In this document: one piece after another, positions 33,836-42,805 of the stretch | How the letters are laid out: each line of letters begins with the position of its first letter | Numbering within the stretch: the stretch's first letter is position 1 | From: an uncultured Myxococcales bacterium | Lineage (GTDB): Bacteria; Myxococcota_A; Bradymonadia; UBA7976; UBA1532 | Reading direction: 5' to 3' | DNA length: 45,730 bases | Assembly (NCBI GenBank): GCA_937902595.1 | Contig: CALELH010000389.1 | Location: 1-45,730, forward strand | Made by a program: the position numbers and the translations under genes | The notes under the pieces: generated by a model | What the model saw: only the letters and a program-made list of their open reading frames with translations | What the model was told of the DNA's origin: nothing | The model's database searches: none

Positions 33836-35982
33836 ATTTTCTATCGCCCCTCATGTTGCTTGGGCTTCTCGCGATAGCGATCCCACCCATCATACATCTT
33901 CTCTTAAGGCGGAAGCCCAAGGTTGTTCGTTTCTCGGCCCTTGAGTTCATCATGCGGTCCCATCAGAAGACGGCGCGCCGCTTTCGTTTTCGGCAGCTGG
34001 CGTTGATGTTGATGCGATCGTTGTTGTTGGCGCTCGTCGTTTTGGCGGTAGCCCGACCTCTGATGATGGGCGAACAGGCCGATGATGCTCGGGCTGTGGT
34101 TGCGGGTGGTAGCGCTGTGATCGTCCTGGACGCTAGCTATCCGATGCAATTTAAGACCGGCGGAGAGACGCTCTTCGACCGAGCCCGCCACCGGTCATCG
34201 AATCTGCTCGATCAGACTGGATTGAGAGCCGGAATCGTGATCGCTGGAGATGAGGTCTATAGCCCTTTCGATGAGCTCACCGCAGATATAGCCGCCATCC
34301 GCCGGCAGATAGATGACTCTAAACCGAGCATGGCCGCAGGTCAGCTTGGTGACGCGGTGGGGAGAGCGTATGGGCTCTTGAATGGTGTGGCCGGGCAACG
34401 GGCGGTGGTCGTCTACACAACCAGGGCCGGTGCTTTACGAGTCCCGCCCGCGCCCGCAGACGGGCCAGCGATCGATCTGAAGATCATCGACGTCGCCGAG
34501 GGCGCCTCGACCCCGAACCGGTCCGTCGTCGACGTGCAGGTCAACCCTGCGCCGATGATGGGGGCAGGCTATTGGCAGGTGCTCGCCCGGATCGCTAATC
34601 ACAGCCCAGACCCGGTTAAGCAGCTCGGTGTTCGTCTGGAGATCGAGGGGGAGACCGTGGTCAATGGCTTCGTGGATGTCCCGCCGTGGGCAGAGGCCAT
34701 CAAGAGCTTCTACGTCACCCTAGAGAAGGTCGGTGCGAGTAGGGCGGCGGTGCACCTCGCGCCGGACTCTTTGGCTGTAGATGATCGCTATGACTTCTGG
34801 CTGCAGCCAGCCCCTTCAGTGAAGGTGCTCGCGGTCAATGGTGACCCAAACCCAACTCCCCACAGAGATGAATTGTTCTACCTTCGAAGGATGGTGGAGC
34901 CAGCCATCGCCTCGGGAGCACGCATCAATTTGACCACGACGGATCTCGAGACCCTCAGTGAGAAACGCTTCGCGGACTTCGATGTCGTCCTCCTCGCGAA
35001 TGTGGCTGATTTGAGCGTTCGCGCGAGCCGATCGCTCGCGTCGTTCGTACGGGCTGGCGGGGGCCTCTTCGTCAGCATGGGCTCCCGAGTTCGGCCCCGT
35101 CAGCTTAACGAGGCGTTGGGCGCGATTCTACCTAGAACGCTTCGTTCTTCTCGCCTCTCAGGCGACGCGGCAGCGACGAAAGAAGGGGGTGACAGATCTG
35201 TAGCACGCATCACATCATTCGAGACTGCGCATCCCCTCGTGGCTCCGATCCCCGACCCGGAGTCCAGCAGCCTTCGGCTGGTAAAGGTCAAGAAGTACAT
35301 GTTGTTAGATCCAGCGCCGACGGCGGGCGGTGAGGTCGCCATGACTCTGCAGAATGGCGCACCTCTACTGCTCAGTCGAGATGTCGGTGAAGGGCGTGTC
35401 GTGATGCTGACGACCAGTCTAGATCGCGATTGGTCCGACCTACCCATTCGACCTCACTTCTTGCCGCTCATGGTTCACGCGATTCAATACCTAACGCAGA
35501 CGAAACCGATTCAACGTCAAGTGGTCTTCGCGGGCGGCGCGGCCCAGCTGAGAGTTACGGATGGTCAGGTCAGGAGAGCGCGGGTGAGTACTCCCACTGG
35601 AGGCGTCCATCTGATGGAGCGCCCGACTCGGGATGGAGAGCAGTGGCGTTTTGAACAGACCCAGTCCCTTGGTCATTACGGAGTCTTTGGTGCGGACGGT
35701 AAGGAAGACACGATGTTGTCGGGATTTACGGTCCGGGTCGATCCCTCTCTAGGGAATCTAAATGGTGAGAAGCGAGCTGCTGATGGCGAGCCGAAAGGCC
35801 CGAAGGTCGCAGGGGCATCAGCCGCTCGGACCGAGCTGTGGCACGCGGCCCTAATCTTCCTCTTTGTCCTCTTGTTGGCAGAGGGGGGCCTGCTGTTTAG
35901 ACGTCGTCGGGCGGAGGGGGTAGCGCCGACGGAAACGGAGACGGCGCCTGCTCGCCCGACCCCCCGCGACGCAGCTCGATAA
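33832..35982 (+). CDS. BatA-N-terminal-domain (double TM anchor) protein with a vWA-like segment and a C-terminal TM anchor
   Basis: I chose the TTG at 33832 (TTGA overlap with the DUF58 stop). It gives [29 protein letters not shown], the canonical BatA_N start. VIVLDASYPM is a degenerate MIDAS (DASYP). The C-terminal TM is LWHAALIFLFVLLLAEGGLLF. Confidence 0.8.
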   Translation: MNFLSPLMLLGLLAIAIPPIIHLLLRRKPKVVRFSALEFIMRSHQKTARRFRFRQLALMLMRSLLLALVVLAVARPLMMGEQADDARAVVAGGSAVIVLDASYPMQFKTGGETLFDRARHRSSNLLDQTGLRAGIVIAGDEVYSPFDELTADIAAIRRQIDDSKPSMAAGQLGDAVGRAYGLLNGVAGQRAVVVYTTRAGALRVPPAPADGPAIDLKIIDVAEGASTPNRSVVDVQVNPAPMMGAGYWQVLARIANHSPDPVKQLGVRLEIEGETVVNGFVDVPPWAEAIKSFYVTLEKVGASRAAVHLAPDSLAVDDRYDFWLQPAPSVKVLAVNGDPNPTPHRDELFYLRRMVEPAIASGARINLTTTDLETLSEKRFADFDVVLLANVADLSVRASRSLASFVRAGGGLFVSMGSRVRPRQLNEALGAILPRTLRSSRLSGDAAATKEGGDRSVARITSFETAHPLVAPIPDPESSSLRLVKVKKYMLLDPAPTAGGEVAMTLQNGAPLLLSRDVGEGRVVMLTTSLDRDWSDLPIRPHFLPLMVHAIQYLTQTKPIQRQVVFAGGAAQLRVTDGQVRRARVSTPTGGVHLMERPTRDGEQWRFEQTQSLGHYGVFGADGKEDTMLSGFTVRVDPSLGNLNGEKRAADGEPKGPKVAGASAARTELWHAALIFLFVLLLAEGGLLFRRRRAEGVAPTETETAPARPTPRDAAR

Positions 35983-36442
35983 AGGCGTAGCCAAACTCGT
36001 TGGCCTCGTCCGGTCTGTGATCCTCACGGCTCTCAATGGTCCACTCGGTCGCATCAAAATCGGGAAAGAGCGCGTCCCCATCGACTTCGGCGTCGACGAC
36101 GGTCACCAGCATCCGATCGCAGCGGTCTAGCGCGTGGGCATAGAGTTGAGCGCCACCAATCAACATGACCTCTGGCTCGGTGCAGCTCTCCAGGGCAGCG
36201 CCCATGGTATTGAAGACCTCTATGCCGGGCGCTGAGAAGTCATCCCGTCGAGTCAGCACCAGGTTTCGTCGCTTGGGCAGCGGTCTCCCGATTGATTCGT
36301 AGGTCAAGCGGCCCATCAGGATAGGCTTTCCGACGGTGTTGCGCTTGAAGTGCTTTAGGTCGGCGGGGAGGTGCCACGGCAGCTGACCGTCTCGACCAAT
36401 CACGCGGTTCCTAGCCATGGCGACGATGAGAGTGAGCCCCAT
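35897..36442 (-). CDS. folA: Dihydrofolate reductase
   Basis: The ATG at 36442 overlaps the thyA stop by 1 nt (TAATG). It has LIVAMARNRVIGRDGQLPWHLPADLKHFKRNTVGKPILMGRLTYESIG. The Pro-rich C-terminal tail overlaps the convergent BatA-like 3' end by 86 nt. Confidence 0.92.
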   Translation of the reverse strand: MGLTLIVAMARNRVIGRDGQLPWHLPADLKHFKRNTVGKPILMGRLTYESIGRPLPKRRNLVLTRRDDFSAPGIEVFNTMGAALESCTEPEVMLIGGAQLYAHALDRCDRMLVTVVDAEVDGDALFPDFDATEWTIESREDHRPDEANEFGYAFIELRRGGSGEQAPSPFPSALPPPPDDV

Positions 36443-37236
36443 TAGACGGCGACGGGTGCCCGGATCGCCGGTGCGTGCTCGTAGTTCTCTAGGCGCATGC
36501 TCTCGAAGGTGAAATCCTCGAGGCGCGTAATGGTCGGGTCTAACCAAAGCTGAGGCAGAGGACCTGGTTCACGACCGAGCTGCATCTTCACCTGCTCGAC
36601 ATGGTTCAGATAGATGTGTGCGTCCCCCAGCGTGTGGACGAAGTCACCGACCTCTAGACCGGTGACCTGAGCGATCATGTGAGTCAGCAAGGCATAGGAC
36701 GCGATGTTAAAGGGGACACCCAAGAATAGGTCTGCGCTCCGCTGGTAGAGCTGACAGGAGAGGCGCCCATCAGCCACGTAGAACTGAAAGAGGAGATGGC
36801 ATGGAGGCAAGTTCATGTTTTCGATCTCGCCCACGTTCCACGCGCTGACTAAGAGGCGCCGGGAGTTTGGGTTCGTCTTAATCTGCTCCACGAGGTTCGC
36901 GATTTGATCGATGGTCTCCCCGTCGGCGGAACGCCAAGAGCGCCATTGGGCACCATACACTGGTCCTAGGTTACCCTCTTCGTCGGCCCAGGCGTCCCAG
37001 ATGCCGACTTTGTGTTCCTTGAGGTAAGCGATGTTCGTCTCGCCCTTGAGGAACCAGAGCAGCTCGTGAGCCATGCTCTTCCATTGGAGCTTCTTGGTCG
37101 TAACCGCGGGAAAGCCGTCCCGTAGGTTAAACCGCATCTGCGCACCGAACAGGCTCAGTGTGCCGGTCCCAGTGCGGTCTTCCTTTCGAGTGCCCTCGTC
37201 GAGCACTCGCTTCAACATGTCGAGGTAGACTCTCAT
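36442..37236 (-). CDS. thyA: Thymidylate synthase (ThyA type)
   Basis: 264 aa. It has [24 protein letters not shown] (catalytic Cys) and [16 protein letters not shown]. Confidence 0.97.
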   Translation of the reverse strand: MRVYLDMLKRVLDEGTRKEDRTGTGTLSLFGAQMRFNLRDGFPAVTTKKLQWKSMAHELLWFLKGETNIAYLKEHKVGIWDAWADEEGNLGPVYGAQWRSWRSADGETIDQIANLVEQIKTNPNSRRLLVSAWNVGEIENMNLPPCHLLFQFYVADGRLSCQLYQRSADLFLGVPFNIASYALLTHMIAQVTGLEVGDFVHTLGDAHIYLNHVEQVKMQLGREPGPLPQLWLDPTITRLEDFTFESMRLENYEHAPAIRAPVAV

Positions 37237-38108
37237 CGTCCTGTAAACGTCGCCTTTCGCTTCTCAACGAACGCCTCAAGGCCTTCGCGAGCATCATCGC
37301 TGGCAAATAGCTTAGCTTGGAGCTCCCGTTCAAGGGCTAGCCCATACTCAAGGGGAAGTTGACCGCCGCTCTGCACGGCGCGCTTGATGTGGCCCGCGGC
37401 GAGCCCTGCGCGATTTGGAGAGCAGTAGCTGTGCGCGATCTCCACGACTTGGTCGAGAAACTCATCCCGTGCCAAGGCGGGTACTGTTCGCATCTTGCCC
37501 TTAATCTCCTTCTGCTCTGTCTCGCCCACGAGGCGTGTCACGAGTCCAAGCTCAAGGCCGCGCTCCATGTCCACTGTCTCGCCGGAGAGCATCATATCCA
37601 TGGCCTTCGCCGATCCGAGCAGTCTCGTCAGTCGTTGAGTGCCGCCTGTCCCCGGGAGGACGCCGAGGTTAATCTCTGGTAACCCGACCCGACCTCCGCC
37701 ACGACGCGCGATACGTAGGTCGCAACCCAAGGCGATCTCAAAACCACCGCCGACGCAGTGGCCGTTGATGGCCGCGATGACGACCTTCGGTGTCTGCTCT
37801 AATCGAGAGACGGTCTCATTGGCGTGCAGGCAGAAGTAATACTTGCTCGTTGGGTCCGCGGCCTCGAGCATCTTGATGTTGGCTCCGGCACAGAAGTGCT
37901 CGCCGTCTCCGGTGATCACGATGGCCTCGACCTCGGGGTCGAAGCGGGCCTGGAGGATCCCATCGTCGAGATCACGGAACATCCGGTAGGTGTAGCCGTT
38001 GAGGTTCTCATCCCGCAGTGTCAACACGGCGACGGAGCCACGCTTCTCGTATACAGCGCGTTTTACGTCCGGGTTTCCGAAGTGATCGGCTCGAATTTTC
38101 TCGCTCAT
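37233..38108 (-). CDS. Enoyl-CoA hydratase/isomerase (crotonase) family protein
   Basis: The ATG at 38108 is preceded by AAGGAG. It has [28 protein letters not shown] and [23 protein letters not shown]. The stop overlaps the thyA start (ATGA). Confidence 0.88.
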   Translation of the reverse strand: MSEKIRADHFGNPDVKRAVYEKRGSVAVLTLRDENLNGYTYRMFRDLDDGILQARFDPEVEAIVITGDGEHFCAGANIKMLEAADPTSKYYFCLHANETVSRLEQTPKVVIAAINGHCVGGGFEIALGCDLRIARRGGGRVGLPEINLGVLPGTGGTQRLTRLLGSAKAMDMMLSGETVDMERGLELGLVTRLVGETEQKEIKGKMRTVPALARDEFLDQVVEIAHSYCSPNRAGLAAGHIKRAVQSGGQLPLEYGLALERELQAKLFASDDAREGLEAFVEKRKATFTGR

Positions 38109-38184
38109 CGTGTGGCTCCTTGGCATACAGCTTGGCGTTTCATATCATCCGACGGCGCTCAGGCACAGAGGAGGTCCACGGGAA

Positions 38185-39039
38185 ATGCAAGTTCAACGCA
38201 TTACGGTTATCGGCACAGGCACAATGGGCAACGGGATCGCGGGCCAGGCGGCCCTCAAGGGATTCGACGTTGTCCTCTATGACATCGACGCTGAGCGGGT
38301 CGCCGCGGCGCTCGGTCAGATCGGGAAAACGTATGATAAGGGCGTGGCGCGAGGGAAGGTCTCGGCGGACGACGCAGAGGCGGGTCGAGGGCGCTTAAGC
38401 TCAAGCGATGACCTCATCAGCGCGGTCAAGGACGCGGACCTGGTCGTAGAGGCGGTCCCTGAGAGGATGAGCCTGAAGCAGGAGATCTTCGCGACCTTGG
38501 AGCGGGAGACTCAAGGGCACACGATCCTCGCCACCAACACCAGCAGCCTCTCCATCTCGGAGATCGCGAGCGCGACAGGCTGCGCGGACCGTGTCGTGGG
38601 TATGCACTTCTTTAACCCTGTCGCTGTCATGCCTCTCGTTGAGCTCGTCCGCGGTCGAGAGACGAGCGACGAGGTGCTCGCAGAGGCGCGTCGGGTCGCT
38701 GAGCAGATGGGTAAGGAGTGTATTACCGTCACAGACTCGCCCGGCTTCGCTACCAGCCGACTCGGCATCTGCCTTGGAAACGAGGCGATGCGCATGTTTG
38801 AGGAGGGGGTTGCCTCGGCCGAGGACATCGATAAGGCGATGACCTTAGGCTATCGCCATCCCATCGGACCCTTGGCCTTGACAGATCTCGTCGGCCTGGA
38901 TGTTCGTCTGGCCATCAGCGAACACCTGCATCGAGAGCTCGGCACTGACACCTTCAAAGCCCCTGAGATCTTAAGAAAGATGGTGTCCGAAGGAAAACTC
39001 GGGCGGAAGACAGGCGAAGGGTTCTACACTTACTCCTAA
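38185..39039 (+). CDS. hbd: 3-hydroxyacyl/3-hydroxybutyryl-CoA dehydrogenase
   Basis: The ATG at 38185 has AGAGGAGG upstream. It has a Rossmann motif (ITVIGTGTMGNGIA), plus TNTSSLSISEIA, GMHFFNP, PGFATSRL and GYRHPIGPLALTDLVGLD. Confidence 0.92.
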   Translation: MQVQRITVIGTGTMGNGIAGQAALKGFDVVLYDIDAERVAAALGQIGKTYDKGVARGKVSADDAEAGRGRLSSSDDLISAVKDADLVVEAVPERMSLKQEIFATLERETQGHTILATNTSSLSISEIASATGCADRVVGMHFFNPVAVMPLVELVRGRETSDEVLAEARRVAEQMGKECITVTDSPGFATSRLGICLGNEAMRMFEEGVASAEDIDKAMTLGYRHPIGPLALTDLVGLDVRLAISEHLHRELGTDTFKAPEILRKMVSEGKLGRKTGEGFYTYS

Positions 39040-39068
39040 CAGAGGTCCGGGCGAGAAGAACCGAGCAC

Positions 39069-40022
39069 GTGCACACCGATTCTAACAACACCAAAGTCGA
39101 CGAGGACATCCTCCGTCGCTTTGTCCTCGTCACGGGCAAAGGTGGAGTGGGTAAGTCCACCTTGACCGCGACCTTGGCGCTCATGTCCGCGCGTCGGGGT
39201 GATCGTACTCTGGTCTGCGAGCTCAACACCCACGAACAGGTGCCACAGCTTTTGGGCCACGCGCCCGCCGGGCCCAAGGTCACCGAGCTGGAGGAGAACC
39301 TCTGGACCGTGAACATCAGCCCAGAGCACGCCATGCAAGAGTACGGGCTCATGAAGCTCCGCTTCCAGGCGTTCTACCGGCTCGTGTTTGAGAACCCATT
39401 GGTCAGCGCGCTCGTTCGCTTTGTGCCGGGGATCAATGACCTGCTGATGTTGGGAAAGGCCTTTAATCACGAGCGAGAAGAGACCAACGGTCGTCCGACG
39501 TGGGACCGAATCATCATCGACGCGCCCGCCACAGGCCACGGGCTGACGTTCTTCCGGCTACCGCGGATCATTAGAGACGCGATCCCATCAGGTAATATGC
39601 ACAATGAGGGCGCAGAGATGTGGGACCTGATGACCGATCCCCTGCGGACCGTTGTGCACTTGGTGTCTCTGCCCGAGGAGCTGCCGGTTCAAGAGACCAT
39701 GGAGCTCCACGGTCGGCTCCGTGACGAACTCGACTTACCCTTAGGAGCTGTGTTTCTGAATCAGATGCCGACCTTGCCCCTCCAGGAGAACGTTGCCGAG
39801 GCCTTCGATGGCTGGATTGAGCCACCCAAAGAAGAGAGTCTGCTCCCGCTGTGGTCCGCTGGGAAGATTCGTGCTCAGCAGGTGGCCCAAGCGGAGACCT
39901 ATCGGGAGACCCTTGCTGAGCTTGGGCGTCCGCTGGTCGACCTGCCTCAGCAACACTCTGACGGGTTCGGACGCGACGACATCGAGGTGCTGTTGTCCGC
40001 CATCGATGGAGGGCCGTCATGA
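39069..40022 (+). CDS. ArsA/Get3-like P-loop ATPase, subunit 1
   Basis: GTG start. It has a deviant Walker A (TGKGGVGKST) and a switch II-like IIDAPATGHGL (the DxxPTGH signature). The region where DPAxxL (switch I) is expected reads VCELNTHEQV. Confidence 0.8.
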   Translation: MHTDSNNTKVDEDILRRFVLVTGKGGVGKSTLTATLALMSARRGDRTLVCELNTHEQVPQLLGHAPAGPKVTELEENLWTVNISPEHAMQEYGLMKLRFQAFYRLVFENPLVSALVRFVPGINDLLMLGKAFNHEREETNGRPTWDRIIIDAPATGHGLTFFRLPRIIRDAIPSGNMHNEGAEMWDLMTDPLRTVVHLVSLPEELPVQETMELHGRLRDELDLPLGAVFLNQMPTLPLQENVAEAFDGWIEPPKEESLLPLWSAGKIRAQQVAQAETYRETLAELGRPLVDLPQQHSDGFGRDDIEVLLSAIDGGPS

Positions 40023-41149
40023 TGGGCATCAGCGAGGCGCTTCAGAGCAGCCGACTGATCGTCATGGCTGGATCGGGTGGAGTCGGAAAGACGACGGTCG
40101 CGGCGTCTGCGGCGCTCGAGGCGGCCCGGGCCGGTCGCCGTGTCGCCGTGCTCACCATCGACCCCGCGAGGCGATTGGCTCAAGCCCTTGGGTTTGACAG
40201 CTTCTCCGGTGACTTGACCCGCGTTGACATCGGGGCCGATGGCGCCGGCGAACTCTGGGCGCTGATGCTCGACATCAAGACCACCGGTGACGCCATGGTG
40301 CATCGCTTCGCGTCGACCCCCGAGGTGGCCGCCGCCATACTCGCGAACCCCTACTACGGGTATTTCAGCACCTCCTTGGCAGGGAGCCAGGAGTATATGG
40401 CCGTCGAGCAGGTCAGGGCGCTCATCGAAGATCAGAACTTCGACCTCGTCGTCCTCGACACGCCACCGGCCCAGAACGCCCTCGACTTCTTCGACGCCCC
40501 AGAGCGTCTCATCGACGGCCTCCGCAGCATCCCCATGCGCGCGATCGGCGCGACAAAGAGCGAGGGGATTACCGGCCGTTTGGCCAGCCGGGGACGCGGG
40601 CTCATCCTGAGGGGTCTAAACCGACTGACCGGCGGACCCTTCCTTGAGGAACTCGCGGAGTTCTTAGGGTTGTTCCACACCACCTTGGACGCGCTGACCG
40701 TGTCGAGCGGCAGAGTGCAGCGCCTACTTCGAGACTCGAAGACGCGCTTCTTTCTGGTGACGACGCCGACGGCGGGTCGTATCGACGAGGCCATCGCCTT
40801 TCGCAGTGAGCTGCGCCGGCGCGGGTTTCCTATGGGAGGATTTGTGCTCAACCGGGTACACCACCTCATCGATACCCCCAGCTCAGAGAGGGCCCGCGAG
40901 GCCATCGTCAACGATGACACCGGCCAACTCGAGGGCGCCGACCAGTCGCTGCGCGTCGACCTGGTGGATGGTCTCGAGCGTGTCGTGGCGCAGCACAACG
41001 TGCTGGCGCGGCGAGACGCTCAGGTCGCGACGCGGCTAGAGGAGGTCACCGAGCGGGTGCCGCTGCAGGTGCCTCGCTTCCCCATGGGGGTTCATGACCT
41101 CGACGGGCTCGGTGCGGTTGGTCGATCCTTAATCGGTGAGGGAACATGA
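40019..41149 (+). CDS. ArsA/Get3-like P-loop ATPase, subunit 2
   Basis: ATGA overlap with subunit 1. It has Walker A (AGSGGVGKTT) and the switch I-like TIDPARRLAQAL. The position of the TGH signature reads VLDTPPAQNALDFF. Confidence 0.8.
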   Translation: MMGISEALQSSRLIVMAGSGGVGKTTVAASAALEAARAGRRVAVLTIDPARRLAQALGFDSFSGDLTRVDIGADGAGELWALMLDIKTTGDAMVHRFASTPEVAAAILANPYYGYFSTSLAGSQEYMAVEQVRALIEDQNFDLVVLDTPPAQNALDFFDAPERLIDGLRSIPMRAIGATKSEGITGRLASRGRGLILRGLNRLTGGPFLEELAEFLGLFHTTLDALTVSSGRVQRLLRDSKTRFFLVTTPTAGRIDEAIAFRSELRRRGFPMGGFVLNRVHHLIDTPSSERAREAIVNDDTGQLEGADQSLRVDLVDGLERVVAQHNVLARRDAQVATRLEEVTERVPLQVPRFPMGVHDLDGLGAVGRSLIGEGT

Positions 41150-42360
41150 TGGCCGCGATGGTGTCCACACAGGTGATGCTATACCGAGTCACTATTCTAG
41201 GCGTCGCGGTGCTCCTGCTATCTGCGTGTGGCGCGTCCAAGCCCAGGCCCGATGAGGAGACCCCAGTCATCGAGATGGAGCCGATGGTCTTAGAGGCCAG
41301 CGGGCCCGATGGCGACCAGACGGTGCGGACCTATGACGCTCAGTCCCTCTTCGACGCTGGCCGCGTGGCCATCGGCGCCGAGCGCTACGACGAGTGCGTC
41401 ACTCAATTTGGCGAGCTGGTGAATCGATTCCCTGAGTCTCGTTTCGCTCACGCTAGCCTCTACAACCGGGGCCTGTGTTACGAGGAACTGCGTCAGCACT
41501 CCATGGCCGCGGTTCACTTTCAGCGCTACATGGAGCTCGCCAAGACGACCAAGGACCTGCGCGACGGAGAGTTTCGCTGGGGGTATAACTTGGTGGAGTC
41601 CGGTAGCTACACGGAGGCGATGCTCCTCTATGAGCGACTCCTCAAGACCGAGGGCCTTGGAGAGTTCGACCTGGCGGAGTGCTATCTGCGGCGAGGCGTC
41701 GCTCAGCTGAAGCTGCAGCGCTTCAGCGAGGCGGAGCGGGACTTCAAGCGCACGATGAAGATCGTCGAGACCGCGATGAAGGGCGACGTGACAGGCAGTG
41801 ATCTCGCCGCCGAGGCCCATTACCGCCGGGGGCAGGTCTACTTCGAGCTCAACAAGAACGTGGGGCTCAAGTTGCCTCTTGAGCGAATGAAGACCGACCT
41901 CGCCGCCAAGAGCCGCTTCTTTCGCCAATCCCAGTCGAGCTTTATCGACTCGCTGAACGTGCGTAACGCCTACTGGGCGACGGCCTCAGGTCTGCAGTTG
42001 GGCTCTCTCTACGAGCAGTTCTATCTCGATGTGCTGAAGGCGGAGTTTCCCGATGATTTTGATGAGTCGACTCGGGAGGTCTACTTCCTAGAGCTGAAGA
42101 AGTATCTACAGCCGCTGCTTAAGCAGTCGGTGTCCATCTATGAGAAGAGCATCACCATGAGCAGTCGTCTGGGGACCTCTAACCACTGGGTGACCGAGAC
42201 CGAGTCGCGGCTGAATAAGCTCCGCTCGCTTATTGAGGAGAACGCGCGAGCCATCAAGGCGATGGATGACGCCGCCGCTGTTGAAGACGCTGTGAAGAAG
42301 GCGCCGAAGAAGACTCGGCCAAAGCGTCGCCGTCGGCGCGCCAAGAACGCTGGGGGCTGA
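41146..42360 (+). CDS. TPR-repeat lipoprotein with a polybasic C-terminal tail
   Basis: ATGA overlap with ArsA-like 2. It has a lipobox (VLLLSAC) and TPR-like repeats (ASLYNRGLCYEEL..., AECYLRRGVAQLKL..., AHYRRGQVYFEL). The tail is KKAPKKTRPKRRRRRAKNAGG (nt 42295-42357). Confidence 0.8.
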   Translation: MMAAMVSTQVMLYRVTILGVAVLLLSACGASKPRPDEETPVIEMEPMVLEASGPDGDQTVRTYDAQSLFDAGRVAIGAERYDECVTQFGELVNRFPESRFAHASLYNRGLCYEELRQHSMAAVHFQRYMELAKTTKDLRDGEFRWGYNLVESGSYTEAMLLYERLLKTEGLGEFDLAECYLRRGVAQLKLQRFSEAERDFKRTMKIVETAMKGDVTGSDLAAEAHYRRGQVYFELNKNVGLKLPLERMKTDLAAKSRFFRQSQSSFIDSLNVRNAYWATASGLQLGSLYEQFYLDVLKAEFPDDFDESTREVYFLELKKYLQPLLKQSVSIYEKSITMSSRLGTSNHWVTETESRLNKLRSLIEENARAIKAMDDAAAVEDAVKKAPKKTRPKRRRRRAKNAGG

Positions 42361-42362
42361 AG

Positions 42363-42788
42363 ATGAGCGGACGCGTCATGGCCCTCGACGTGGGCGACAA
42401 GCGCATCGGCGTCGCGCTGAGCGACCCGTCTGGGATGCTCGCGAGTGGGCTCAAGACGGTGCATCGCACCCACCTCAAGGACGACATCGCCGAGTTCGTC
42501 GCCCTCATCGCTGAGCACGAGGTGCACACCGTCGTCGTCGGCTGGCCCCTAGAGACGAGCGGACGGGTCGGGCGGCAGGCGCGCCGGGTTCAGCGGGTCA
42601 CCGACGCCCTCGCAGAGGTCACGGATGCGCCCATTGTGTTTTGGGACGAACGCTTCACCTCAGTACAGGCGGAGCGGGTGCTCATCCAAGGGGGTGTTCG
42701 GCGCGCGGACCGACGGCAGGTCGTGGACAAGGTCGCCGCGACCCTGATACTTCAGAGCTGGCTCGATCGCCAAGCTCACGCTGATTAA
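42363..42788 (+). CDS. ruvX: YqgF/RuvX putative pre-16S rRNA nuclease / Holliday junction resolvase-like
   Basis: 141 aa. It has ALDVGDKRIGVALSD and VVVGWPL..SG..G, then DERFTS, then D..AA..ILQ. Confidence 0.93.
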   Translation: MSGRVMALDVGDKRIGVALSDPSGMLASGLKTVHRTHLKDDIAEFVALIAEHEVHTVVVGWPLETSGRVGRQARRVQRVTDALAEVTDAPIVFWDERFTSVQAERVLIQGGVRRADRRQVVDKVAATLILQSWLDRQAHAD

Positions 42789-42805
42789 TCAATCCTAGGG
42801 AGCCC

